Below the pieces are notes generated by a model, which worked only from the letters and a program-made list of their open reading frames with translations, made no database searches and was not told the DNA's origin. This document shows, piece after piece, positions 1 to 8,471 of a stretch of DNA of 14,624 nucleotides; positions within the stretch are counted from its first letter, which is position 1, and each line of letters begins with the position of its first letter. The translations under genes were made by a program, and so were the position numbers. This stretch comes from Thermoproteota archaeon. Lineage in GTDB: Archaea > Korarchaeota > JAOZGF01 > JAOZFZ01. The stretch is taken from NCBI GenBank assembly GCA_027491455.1, contig JAOZFL010000100.1, forward strand, positions 1 through 14,624, written 5' to 3'.

Positions 1-170
1 AGAATAATTAGTATGTAATCTTTCCTTTCTAGTTTACTGTATCTTTTTAGGGCTTTTCTGAATCTGTTCTCGATTATTTTCTGGAAACATTTCATACATA
101 TCCTTATTTTTGTGTATTTTATCTCTATTTTTGCCCTGTTTCTTTTACATATGTCACATAAGTTGTTCAT
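1..170 (-). CDS. tRNA 2-thiolation PP-loop ATPase (TtuA/NcsA/Ctu1-like), N-terminal fragment continuing past the left edge
   Basis: This ORF is absent from the ORF track because only 57 codons fit before the window edge. ATG at 170-168 has AGGTGGA 9 nt upstream, and the upstream gene stops only 14 nt before it. Translation is MNNLCDICKRNRAKIEIKYTKIRICMKCFQKIIENRFRKALKRYSKLERKDYILII. That gives a CxxC...CxxC zinc finger followed by the helix and hydrophobic strand that precede the SGGKDS PP-loop in TtuA-family proteins. The PP-loop itself would lie outside the window. Confidence 0.6.
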   Translation of the reverse strand, partial: MNNLCDICKRNRAKIEIKYTKIRICMKCFQKIIENRFRKALKRYSKLERKDYILII

Positions 171-183
171 TATAGTTATCCAC

Positions 184-900
184 CTACTTTTTCTGTTTAA
201 ACAGCTTTCTCCTTACCTCAGGTTTCTTTGATGCAATTTTTTCAAGGGCTTCCTCGAAGCTTTCATGTTCTCTTAACTTTTTGTTTAGGAAAACCCCTGT
301 CCTACCTAGTCTATCCCTTCTCAAAAGCACTTTTTTCCTTTCCTTGATTGTTTCTACACTTATCCCTAGTTTTTTAGCTGTTTCAGCTTCTCTCCCGATG
401 ATGCTGTATTCTATGTGTCCATTAAGAGTTGGTTCTATGTAGACTAACCTCTTATCTACTCCTGGTTTCCTTACATTCCCCTTTATCTCTTCTAGGTTTA
501 TTAACCCCCCAAAAATATAAAACTCGTACTCCGTGGTGGAAAGTTTTATAAGTGGGAAAGTGACTGTTGTTTTTTCATCTATGTCTATGTGGGCTTTTAT
601 CACGCTGTTAGGTGTTGCTTGAACAATTCTTTTGCTGTAGAAATTGTTTTGAAGATTTTCCAAGGAGATTTCGACTTTATATGATGCGACGGGTTCAAGG
701 ATAACTATATCCACATCGCTTTTCCTGTTAACGTCTCCTCTTGCAATGCTTCCATGCGCAAAAGCTTTTATCCCTCCTTTCTCCAGCAAATAGATTATGT
801 TAAGGGCCTTTTCCCTTAACTCATGTAAAAGTCTCCATCTTCCCTCTTCATATATTATTTCTCTGCCCTCATATTTCCTTTTTATCTTTTCTCTTACCAT
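184..900 (-). CDS. Pol-beta superfamily nucleotidyltransferase-domain protein (archaeal conserved, function unknown)
   Basis: 238-aa ORF. The motif HGSIARGDVNRKSDVDIVIL matches the G[SG]-x(9-13)-DxD minimal nucleotidyltransferase signature. The basic C-terminal tail is helical-looking. It is probably co-transcribed with the TtuA-like gene downstream. Confidence 0.75.
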   Translation of the reverse strand: MVREKIKRKYEGREIIYEEGRWRLLHELREKALNIIYLLEKGGIKAFAHGSIARGDVNRKSDVDIVILEPVASYKVEISLENLQNNFYSKRIVQATPNSVIKAHIDIDEKTTVTFPLIKLSTTEYEFYIFGGLINLEEIKGNVRKPGVDKRLVYIEPTLNGHIEYSIIGREAETAKKLGISVETIKERKKVLLRRDRLGRTGVFLNKKLREHESFEEALEKIASKKPEVRRKLFKQKK

Positions 901-1123
901 TTCCCTTTTCTCAGAGGCCGAGAAGAGTTAACTTGGGAATTAGCCTGCCAAAAGGGGAGTTCAGCCCCTTTTTCCAAAAGATAGTTTTCAGTCTTTAATT
1001 TCATTGAATCCATTCTTCTTTGGTACCCAGTGGGCCATGTTTTCTAGACCTCTAAATCAATATTTTCTTTATGATCTAAAATTAAATTTGAATGTTGCTC
1101 TATATCCATTTATAGGTGGATTC

Positions 1124-2125
1124 ATGAAAGAATTTTTCACCGTGAAATATGGAGAAGTTCCACTTTTAGGTGTTATTGCCTTTGGAATTATAGATAGAGG
1201 GACCAACCTGATTCAGGTTAGACCTCAATCTGGTTGTCCATTGTGCTGTATTTATTGCTCTGTTGACGAAGGAAGTTGTTCTAGGACACGTATGACAGTT
1301 TATAGGGTTGAAAAGGAGTACTTGGTCGACGTTGTGAAGGAAGTGGTCAGGTTTAAGGGAGCGGATGACATCGAGATCCACATCGACGGGACTGGAGAAC
1401 CTTTCCTATACGATAAAATTGATGGCTTGATAGGTGATCTAAGGGAGATTGAGGGGGTTAAGGTCATCTCTGCTCAGACAAGTGGTTTCACGATATCAAA
1501 AAAGATGGTTCCAAAGCTGGAGGAAGCCGGTCTTTCAAGGGTTAATTTATCGATTAACTCATTGGATCAGAACCTTGCCAAAAAGATGGCTGGGATCAAA
1601 AGTTACAACATCGACAAAATACTTGTCATAGCAGAGGAAATAGCTGAAAGTCAAATAGACCTTTTAATCGCCCCTGTATGGGTCCCCAAAGTGAACGATG
1701 CTGAAATACCCAAGTTAATAGAATATGCCATTAAAATTGGCGCTGGAAAAAATTGGCCTCCTCTGGGAATCCAGAAGTATATTGCACATAAACGTGGTAG
1801 AAAGGTTAAAGGGGTTAAACCGATGAGCTGGTTTAAGTTCTACAGGAAACTTGCTTCCCTTGAAAAGATATATGGAGTTAAACTTATCTTGGGAAGAGAA
1901 GATTTTAATATACATAGAACTAAGAGAAAGATACCCGTTGTCTTTAAGAAACTTGAAAAGGTGAAGGTTAAAATAGTGGGTCCAGGATGGATTAAGGGGG
2001 AGAAGATAGGGATTTCACGGGGCAGGGCTGTCACTGTCGTCAACTGCAAAGCTGAAGCTGGGGAAACAGTTAGAGTAAGGATTTTAAGCAATAAAGATGG
2101 GATATACTTAGCTGAACCTGCTTAG
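1124..2125 (+). CDS. Radical SAM protein with C-terminal TRAM/OB-like domain (COG2100-type archaeal Fe-S oxidoreductase)
   Basis: CPLCCIYC provides the CxxxCxxC 4Fe-4S/SAM cluster motif, and GTGEP is a glycine-rich SAM-binding motif. The C-terminus (KVKVKIVGPGW...ETVRVRILSNKDGIYLAEP) looks like a TRAM beta-barrel. The track ORF starts at TTG 1004, but the first 40 codons are low-quality sequence. ATG at 1124 is preceded by AGGTGGA and gives MKEFFTVKYGE. Confidence 0.8.
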   Translation: MKEFFTVKYGEVPLLGVIAFGIIDRGTNLIQVRPQSGCPLCCIYCSVDEGSCSRTRMTVYRVEKEYLVDVVKEVVRFKGADDIEIHIDGTGEPFLYDKIDGLIGDLREIEGVKVISAQTSGFTISKKMVPKLEEAGLSRVNLSINSLDQNLAKKMAGIKSYNIDKILVIAEEIAESQIDLLIAPVWVPKVNDAEIPKLIEYAIKIGAGKNWPPLGIQKYIAHKRGRKVKGVKPMSWFKFYRKLASLEKIYGVKLILGREDFNIHRTKRKIPVVFKKLEKVKVKIVGPGWIKGEKIGISRGRAVTVVNCKAEAGETVRVRILSNKDGIYLAEPA

Positions 2126-2146
2126 TACTTAAGAATCATTCGTCCT

Positions 2147-3229
2147 TCAATTTTCAATGGGGTATCTAAGGAAGGCAGCGATTCCGCCTAAACCCTTCAG
2201 GTGTTTAGATCCTTCATGGCCATCTGAAATTATCTTGACCTTACCTCTCATCTCCTCTACTGTTTTTATTAACTCTTCAAGTCTTTCCCTGACCTCTAAA
2301 TCTGTTGTCCTAAAGATCTCCTCGGATATCATCAAAACATCAACTGCACCCATCTCAGTGGCTCTCCAAACCTCCTTGAATCCATAGGTTACCCTTGATG
2401 GATTCTTGACGATCTTCAGTAAGAGTTCCTGGATCATTTTTGTTTCTTCAGAAATTCTGAGTTTTTCTATAACATTTTCCACAGCTCTTGACTTGATTAA
2501 TTCATTGTATGCCGACATGGTTGCTGTTGAAGAAGTTAAAATCCATTTTTTCACATACTTAAACTTTTCGCTAAGGTAATCCGAGAAGTGCTCTTTTACA
2601 AAACCCGGCCCTGTAATAATTAGTTTATCGGTTTTGAAATTTTTAATGGCTTTCTCTATTTCTTTTGAAATCTCTGAGAAGAATTTAAGTTCTTCTTCTT
2701 TTCTCTTATCGCTTGCATTTTTTCTATGAGAAATCCTTGAGTGAACAGTTGCTAGATGTTTCACTCTCTCACTTGTTAATACCCCTATGTTTCCTTCCTC
2801 ACTGTCTAGGGCAACAACTATTATTTTCTCAGTTTTTGTTTCCTCCAGGGCTCTTTTGATTCTTTCCAGGTGATGTCTGTACCATTTCTCCTTGTTAATG
2901 ATTACTTCTCTATTTAGCTTAAGGTTTAACGTGTGATAGGATCCTTTAATCCCTAATTCATGAGGGTCTTCCACTATCTTTCCCTTAATCCTTAAGCTCC
3001 TCATATATTCATGATATTCTAGATCCTCTACTTTAACAGTTAAAACAGTTTTTACGATTTTCACTTGAGGTTTCCTAGTTTGTTCTTTGTTAATTGTTAT
3101 TTTCCTTGTTGTAGAAGCTTTAACCTTATCTCCTCTATCGATTATGAAGTATAAGTGGAATAAATCCTCTAAGGTTTCTGGTTTAACATTCAAGACCCCT
3201 TTTTCCTGGTTAAAGTAGATTATCTTCAA
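2147..3229 (-). CDS. pelA: Pelota/Dom34 homologue (no-go / non-stop mRNA surveillance, eRF1-like)
   Basis: 360 aa. The N-terminus MKIIYFNQEKGVLNVKPETLEDLFHLYFIIDRGDKV is typical of aPelota. The central and C-terminal eRF1-like domains are present (IITGPGFVKE, GAVDVLMISEE, GGIAAFLRYPI). The start is TTG, because a TGA lies two codons upstream in frame. Confidence 0.9.
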   Translation of the reverse strand: MKIIYFNQEKGVLNVKPETLEDLFHLYFIIDRGDKVKASTTRKITINKEQTRKPQVKIVKTVLTVKVEDLEYHEYMRSLRIKGKIVEDPHELGIKGSYHTLNLKLNREVIINKEKWYRHHLERIKRALEETKTEKIIVVALDSEEGNIGVLTSERVKHLATVHSRISHRKNASDKRKEEELKFFSEISKEIEKAIKNFKTDKLIITGPGFVKEHFSDYLSEKFKYVKKWILTSSTATMSAYNELIKSRAVENVIEKLRISEETKMIQELLLKIVKNPSRVTYGFKEVWRATEMGAVDVLMISEEIFRTTDLEVRERLEELIKTVEEMRGKVKIISDGHEGSKHLKGLGGIAAFLRYPIEN

Positions 3230-3261
3230 TGTTCAGTACCTACCTACTGTTCTAAGCTTCT

Positions 3262-4464
3262 CTATGGGATCCTTACTTCTTTGGAGAGAATGTCTTCAAA
3301 GGTATAGATCTTCATTGGGTAAGGGATTTTGTTTATGTCTCCTCTTTTAACCCCTATGATCATCTTGGTGTTGTATTTCGCTGCTTCATCGATTAACCTC
3401 TGCGTTATAAGGCCATCTATAAGTAAGATGTAAGGTTTAGTGTTACTTATTTTCTTCTCTATTTCACTGAAATCCTCCACGTTTGCTTCTGACAGGATGT
3501 CTAAGTTGCTATCTAGGCAATAAGCCCTCAGCTTACCTGTAACCTCCTTTATTAAACTGATGAGTCTCAACATTTTGGCGTTCTGTGAGGGTTTTCTTTC
3601 TGGTTTAAGGGTTGCTTTGGCGTAAATCGATGTTTTCCCTTTTTGTGATAGATATTGGTTAAGGAGAACTCTTCCCTTAAGGGAATTCATTATCTCCTTT
3701 TCAGTAAGTTCCTCCACCATTCTACCTGGGGGGGCAAAGGCTACATAGTCTACATCAGCTACCTGGATTAATTCTTTCAGGATTAGTTCCCCGCCTCTAT
3801 CTCCATCTAGGAAAGCAGTTACTTTTTTCCTCTTAGAAAGCTCTTGGACTGTTTTAGGTATGTTTGTCCCCTCCACAGCCATAGCATTTCTTATTCCATG
3901 TCTCAGCAGATTTATAACATCGGCTCTTCCCTCAACAATTATTATTTCCTCTGATTCCTCTACTTCCGGGCCTGCAGGTAGTTTTTCAGGCCCGTAACTC
4001 GTTATCTCCCTTGTCCTAATGGATTTCTCTATTTCAGATAACAGGTTCTCTATTTCCTCAGTTTCTCTTTTACTCCATTCCTCAAGTATCTCTATGGCTC
4101 TCCTCTTTATCTTGGTTCTCTTTTCATGTCTAATGTCTTCTATACTGTCAAGTTTTATCTGTGCAGTGCAAGGCCCTATTTTATCTATCATTTCCGTTGC
4201 GGCTGCTATTAAAGCAGTTTCTATTTTATCTAGACTTGAAGGAATAGTGATCACTCCATTTGTTTTTCCACCCTTAGACTTTATACTGACCTCTATTCTA
4301 CCTATCCTACCGGTTCTTTGAAGTTCTCTTAAATCAAGTTCTTTACCAAGCAATCCTTCAAGTTGTCCGAAAATTGCACCGACAACGTCGGGTTTCTCAA
4401 CGACCCCGCTAACGTTAAAGGTGCATTTAATAACATATTTAACCGTTGAAAGAGATTCATCCAT
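3262..4464 (-). CDS. dnaG: Archaeal DnaG-type primase / exosome-associated Toprim protein
   Basis: 400 aa. It has the characteristic archaeal DnaG N-terminal domain (KYVIKCTFNVSGVVEKPDVVGAIFGQLEGLLG...RTGRIGRI). The Toprim core is present (IIIVEGRADVINLL ... FLDGDRGGELILKEL). GGAGGTG lies 6 nt upstream of the ATG, inside the end of the upstream gene. Confidence 0.9.
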   Translation of the reverse strand: MDESLSTVKYVIKCTFNVSGVVEKPDVVGAIFGQLEGLLGKELDLRELQRTGRIGRIEVSIKSKGGKTNGVITIPSSLDKIETALIAAATEMIDKIGPCTAQIKLDSIEDIRHEKRTKIKRRAIEILEEWSKRETEEIENLLSEIEKSIRTREITSYGPEKLPAGPEVEESEEIIIVEGRADVINLLRHGIRNAMAVEGTNIPKTVQELSKRKKVTAFLDGDRGGELILKELIQVADVDYVAFAPPGRMVEELTEKEIMNSLKGRVLLNQYLSQKGKTSIYAKATLKPERKPSQNAKMLRLISLIKEVTGKLRAYCLDSNLDILSEANVEDFSEIEKKISNTKPYILLIDGLITQRLIDEAAKYNTKMIIGVKRGDINKIPYPMKIYTFEDILSKEVRIP

Positions 4465-4891
4465 GACTTACACCTCCTACCCTAAACTTTTCAAATTGTC
4501 TGTTGAGCCATTTACCAAGTCCCTCTAAAGATTTAGGGGCTTTATTCAGGTTTATCAGCCCTCTAAATCTCCTTCTAAACACTTCATGGACATTGGCCCT
4601 GCCTTTTAAATATTCCTCAGTGAGCCTTCCAAGTTCTTCTCCCCTTCTATCGAAATCTGAGAGGATAATAAAGGAGTAACCCTCTTCCACAAATCTTTCC
4701 ATTCGTATGTTCCTCGGGTTAAATGACCCATGCATAACAATAAACGTTCCTTCAATGCCTAATTCTTTAAGGGCTTTCCTGTCTTTTTCTCCTTCGACAA
4801 CAATTACATTTCTTCCTTTAGCGAGGGACCTCAACTCATTAATCATTTTCCAAAGTCTGAAAATGTTTTCCGCCCGGTAATGAGAGAACAA
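4457..4891 (-). CDS. Small stand-alone Toprim-domain protein (UPF0292 / RNase M5-like fold)
   Basis: 144 aa. Toprim motifs are VIVVEGEKDRKALKELGI (catalytic Glu) and IILSDFDRRGEEL (DxD-type acidic cluster). TTG start at 4891 has GAGGT 6 nt upstream; an alternative ATG is at 4846. The gene overlaps the dnaG start by 8 nt. Confidence 0.75.
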   Translation of the reverse strand: MFSHYRAENIFRLWKMINELRSLAKGRNVIVVEGEKDRKALKELGIEGTFIVMHGSFNPRNIRMERFVEEGYSFIILSDFDRRGEELGRLTEEYLKGRANVHEVFRRRFRGLINLNKAPKSLEGLGKWLNRQFEKFRVGGVSHG

Positions 4892-5150
4892 ATCTATACC
4901 TCACATATCCTTGTTTCAATAAAACCTAAGCAGAAGGATGAATAAGAGATTTAAGGTACATTTTTATTCTAAAGTCCGTAGAAGTTTTTAAAGTATACAT
5001 AATTTATGAGTTATAAGGAGAAAAAAGCTGAATAGGCGGAAAATTTGCTCTTCAGAGTTTTTAACCCTTAAAACAAGAGAAGGAATTATGTAGGCTGCCA
5101 TTGAATCAAAAACTTAAAAAACACTTTTATCTCCTAAACTACAATTAAAA

Positions 5151-6074
5151 ATGCTTAAATACAAAGGTTTCAAAGGGTGCCTGCCCTTGACCAATGAAAA
5201 ATATTATAGAAAAGCCGCTGAAATAGTCAGAGAAGTCATTAAGAAAGAAAAAGCCAGGGTGAAACCTGGTGTCAAGATACTTGATTTAGCTGAGGAAATC
5301 GAGGATAAAATTAAAAGAAAGGGAGGAAAACCAGCTTTTCCCGTTAACATATCGATCAATGAAGTAGCTGCCCATTACTCACCTACCATAAAAGATGAAA
5401 CAGAGATAAGGCAACATGACGTTGTTAAAGTGGATATAGGTGTACATGTTGAAGGATACATAGTTGACGCTGCATGGACTTTTATATTCAACGAAAAACA
5501 TGGAAACCTGGCTAAAACTACCGATGAAGCTCTTAAGAGGGCTATAGAGGCTATAAAGCCTGGAAAGAAAATAGGAGAGATAGGGTCTATAATAGAGAAG
5601 ACCATAAAGAAAGGCGGATATAAACCAATAAGCAACTTAAGCGGCCACATGTTGAAAAGATATGTTTTACACGCTGGAAAAAGCATTCCAAATGTAAAAA
5701 CAATAACGTTTCAAAAAATAAAGGAGGGAGAGGTCTATGCAGTGGAACCATTTGCTACTAACGGTAAAGGGGAGGTCCGAGAGACCAATAGATTCACCAT
5801 TTTCAGGTTAATGAGGAGAGTGGATATGTATGGGACAAGCTTGGAGGACAGGGTCACCCGTTATATTCAAGAAAACTATGGAACTCTGCCTTTCGCTTCA
5901 AGATGGCTTGCAGAGAAATTTGAGGCTGCCCTTGCCCAGTTTACTTTGAGGAAGCTTGTGAGGAAAGGGGTTATCCATCCCTATGGAGTACTTGTCGAGG
6001 TAAAGGGTGGACTTGTTGCCCAGAGCGAAACAACGGTCATTGTATCTAGGTCTGGGGTTTTGAGGCTTCTTTAG
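5151..6074 (+). CDS. map: Methionine aminopeptidase, type 2 (archaeal)
   Basis: 307 aa, collinear with archaeal MetAP-2. Matching segments are GGKPAFPVNISINEVAAHYSP, VVKVDIGVHVEGYIVDAAWT (Asp/Asp metal ligands), NLSGHMLKRYVLHAGKSIPNV (His), EGEVYAVEPFATNG (Glu), YGTLPFASRWL and GLVAQSETTVIV (Glu). Confidence 0.93.
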   Translation: MLKYKGFKGCLPLTNEKYYRKAAEIVREVIKKEKARVKPGVKILDLAEEIEDKIKRKGGKPAFPVNISINEVAAHYSPTIKDETEIRQHDVVKVDIGVHVEGYIVDAAWTFIFNEKHGNLAKTTDEALKRAIEAIKPGKKIGEIGSIIEKTIKKGGYKPISNLSGHMLKRYVLHAGKSIPNVKTITFQKIKEGEVYAVEPFATNGKGEVRETNRFTIFRLMRRVDMYGTSLEDRVTRYIQENYGTLPFASRWLAEKFEAALAQFTLRKLVRKGVIHPYGVLVEVKGGLVAQSETTVIVSRSGVLRLL

Positions 6075-6468
6075 ACCTTTTAGGTGTTTCTAAGTATATT
6101 AAATCGACTGTTACATCTCCTTTGCATTTTGGACACTCCTTAACTTTTTTACCTATGAAAAATCCCTTTTTGAACTCAACTGTTTCACTGTAATCACAAT
6201 TATTGCATTTCAAGATCGACAGAATTTTTTCTTCAGCTTTCCTGGGTATAAGGACATTTTTCATTTGCTTAAACAGTAGTAGAGCAGTAGATGAAGCCAG
6301 GATCATCATTAAAATGGTTTGAAATGAATAAGTACGGTTTTCAGCCTTCAAACTAGAGGGGAGGAACAGTAAGATGTATGAAAGCAAAAGAAAGGTTAAA
6401 ATCAATGTAAACGATAAACTTACTAAACGAATGCTAATTTTCATCACCTTCTCATTGTCCAACGCCAA
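6046..6468 (-). CDS. Hypothetical small membrane protein with C-terminal CxxC...CxxC zinc ribbon
   Basis: There are two predicted hydrophobic helices (SLSFTLILTFLLLSYILLFLP and ILMMILASSTALLLF). These are followed by CNNCDYSETVEF...ECPKCKG. The start is uncertain: TTG 6468 or ATG 6444, which lies just after the upstream stop. The 3' end overlaps map convergently by 29 nt. I recognise no family. Confidence 0.45.
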   Translation of the reverse strand: MALDNEKVMKISIRLVSLSFTLILTFLLLSYILLFLPSSLKAENRTYSFQTILMMILASSTALLLFKQMKNVLIPRKAEEKILSILKCNNCDYSETVEFKKGFFIGKKVKECPKCKGDVTVDLIYLETPKRSKEASKPQT

Positions 6469-7558
6469 TGGTGTTGCCTACACCTATAACAAGAACTCTA
6501 TCTCCCTCCATGGTCCTCGACTTAATTATATCTTGGATCTTCCGGATAACTTTGTCTGCTGATAAGGCAATTTCCTTCTTCATTATCGTGATGGCCTCGA
6601 CAAGTGACTCTTTAATTATGACAGCATCAATAGGTATATTATACTTCCTGATAGACTCCTCTATCTTATATTTTTCAGGTCCAGGGTCACCTATGGCGGC
6701 TCCAACTCCCTCAGCTATTTCGCCTGTTGGTTCTCCTTCAAGTTTACCTGCAGCGTCGACAATAATAACTCTCTTTAACCTGTTTCTTTCTCTGTTTACA
6801 ATTTTCTTTACGGCTTCACCAGGTTTACCCACCGTTCCGCCTGGTCCCTTCGCCTTTATGATATAAAGTTTCCTGCCGAAAAGCTCTCTTTCATAGACAA
6901 TAGTGTCTCTAACTATTTCTTTATAAATGCCACCATTTCCAAGTTTAAAGGCTACTAGAGCTCCTATGCCATCTCCTATTGGCAAACCCTTCGAAAAAGC
7001 CTCTAAAGCCTTAAAGTAAGATTGAGCAATCTCCATTATCTGAGGCAGCTGCATATGTATCTGCATAATTATCAAGGTGCTCTGAGTCTTCTTTCCGAGG
7101 ATAAGAAAATGTCTAACAACTCTGTATATATAGTCCAAGGCGACACATGCCAAAAGCATGTTTTCGAAGTTGTCAAGTTCCGAATCTTTGGCTTTAGGGG
7201 CTAAAATAGATGTGTATTCCTCTAACTTGGATTTACCCATGTCTAACAGATACTCAAGCCTCTTCAATACACCTGCAGGGTCTAGGTCGACAGGTGAAAT
7301 GATGAAGTACTTAGTGAAGCTTTCAATATCTTTTAACACTCCTTTTTTCTCCCTTCCAAAGCTGGAGGCGGTCTCAGCTAGCTTGTCCTTGCTTTCCAAG
7401 GCCATTTTCTCAAGTTTACGTAGCCGGCGCTCAATTTCGCTTATCCAGATCATTAACTGGATTTTCTGGCCGTAAAGGGTCATTAAGGCCATAAAAACTA
7501 GGAACATAAGTATGGAGATCCAGTTCTGGTTTGCATCCAATTGAAACAATTTCTTCAC
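6452..7558 (-). CDS. Conserved archaeal membrane-anchored protein, DUF1512-like
   Basis: 368 aa with GTG start. It has an N-terminal transmembrane helix (WISILMFLVFMALMTLY) and then a coiled segment. Size and architecture fit my recollection of Pfam DUF1512 (archaeal, about 370 aa). The family assignment comes from memory of that architecture, not from an alignment. Confidence 0.55.
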   Translation of the reverse strand: MKKLFQLDANQNWISILMFLVFMALMTLYGQKIQLMIWISEIERRLRKLEKMALESKDKLAETASSFGREKKGVLKDIESFTKYFIISPVDLDPAGVLKRLEYLLDMGKSKLEEYTSILAPKAKDSELDNFENMLLACVALDYIYRVVRHFLILGKKTQSTLIIMQIHMQLPQIMEIAQSYFKALEAFSKGLPIGDGIGALVAFKLGNGGIYKEIVRDTIVYERELFGRKLYIIKAKGPGGTVGKPGEAVKKIVNRERNRLKRVIIVDAAGKLEGEPTGEIAEGVGAAIGDPGPEKYKIEESIRKYNIPIDAVIIKESLVEAITIMKKEIALSADKVIRKIQDIIKSRTMEGDRVLVIGVGNTIGVGQ

Positions 7559-7582
7559 CGGGTTATGAAAGTATTGGAGGTA

Positions 7583-7708
7583 GGGTTAACAGCTCTAGCT
7601 TTTCCCATGCCCTCTCGGAGCACAGTACTCAGCTAGACGAGGCTAGGCTTAACTTCTGGGTTCGGAGTGAGTCCAGGTGTTTCCCCAGCCTCCATGGCCG
7701 TTAACCCC
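7583..7708 (-). rRNA. rrf: 5S ribosomal RNA (stand-alone, not linked to 16S/23S in this window)
   Basis: The reverse complement reads GGGTTAACGGCCATGGAGGCTGGGGAAACACCTGGACTCACTCCGAACCCAGAAGTTAAGCCTAGCCTCGTCTAGCTGAGTACTGTGCTCCGAGAGGGCATGGGAAAAGCTAGAGCTGTTAACCC. An 11-bp terminal helix I forms between 7697-7707 and 7583-7593. The conserved CCGAACCC...GAAGTTAAGC and AGTACTG...GGGAA elements are present. The ends are accurate to about 2 nt. Confidence 0.9.
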
Positions 7709-7807
7709 ACCCTCTCCAAGGAAGATTGTGGTTTTTGCTGTTAAGCCATGCTTCTCTATATGAGGAACTGGGTTTAAAAGTTTTATGTTTTAACGATAGG
7801 TTATATT

Positions 7808-7887
7808 GGGTGCAAAAATTGTTCTAGGTGTAAAGTGCAGCGTTCTATAAAGTTCTTTAAAGGGGTAAAAGTAGGGTGCAAAAAGTA
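7808..7887. repeat. Cluster of direct GGGTGCAAAAA-type motifs in a non-coding region
   Basis: The exact 11-mer GGGTGCAAAAA occurs at 7808-7818 and 7874-7884. Related copies are GGTGTAAAGTGC (7827-7838) and GGGGTAAAAGTA (7862-7873), the latter directly abutting the second exact copy. An inverted 9/11 match (TTTTTAAACCC) lies at 8127-8137, on the other side of an A-rich tract. Confidence 0.4.
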
Positions 7888-8444
7888 GATACAGCTTTTT
7901 GGGGAGAATAGCTCAAATAAAGATTTATATCCTCCTAGTTGCATGAAAACTACTCATTTAAAAATTAAGGGGAAAAACAAATAACTTAAAAAGATAAGAC
8001 ATTCTAGTGTTTCCAAGCAACTTAAAAAATTCTCAAAACAAATGCTTCATCCATGAGCACTGAGCAGCATCCTTAAAAAACATAGAAAAATAGAAAACAA
8101 GTAGACAAATTAAAGGCATCCGGCTCTTTTTAAACCCTTTCCTCATCTTCTCTTTAAGTTTAAAGCAGGTTATTTAAACGGCTAGTAAAAATAGAAGAGT
8201 AGCCCCCTCGAATATTTAAGTTAGGAGTGGGTGTGGATGAAAGGATAGAGTGGCTTCACCTTAACAGGGGGATATGCTTATAAGGACTTCAATGAGCTTG
8301 AGAGGAACTCAAAACTGACAAATCCCAAGAGAAATATACCTAAACATAATAGATATGTTTCTTAGAACTCTAGGTTAAAGAGAGAATATTTAAGTGTTTA
8401 AATATAAAATGGAATACAATAGAGATTTAAATGCATGTATAAAC

Positions 8445-8471
8445 ATAGCCCATTAGGGTAATGGGCGCTAT
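8445..8471. other. Strong palindrome / stem-loop in a non-coding region
   Basis: GCCCATTA (8448-8455), loop GGG, then TAATGGGC (8459-8466) form a perfect 8-bp inverted repeat. ATA/TAT extends the stem across a 2-nt bulge. It lies about 125 nt upstream of the DP1 start. Confidence 0.4.

Noticed and set aside
1004-1123. 40-codon N-terminal extension of the radical-SAM ORF from TTG 1004
   Set aside because: The extension (MNPFFFGTQWAMFSRPLNQYFLYDLKLNLNVALYPFIGGF) looks like translated AT-rich intergenic DNA. A good AGGTGGA-ATG start exists at 1124.
1166-2091. Short ORFs overlapping the radical-SAM gene (1166..1381 -, 1449..1631 +, 1715..1915 -, 1840..2091 -)
   Set aside because: They lie antisense or out of frame within a well-supported CDS and have low-complexity, atypical composition.
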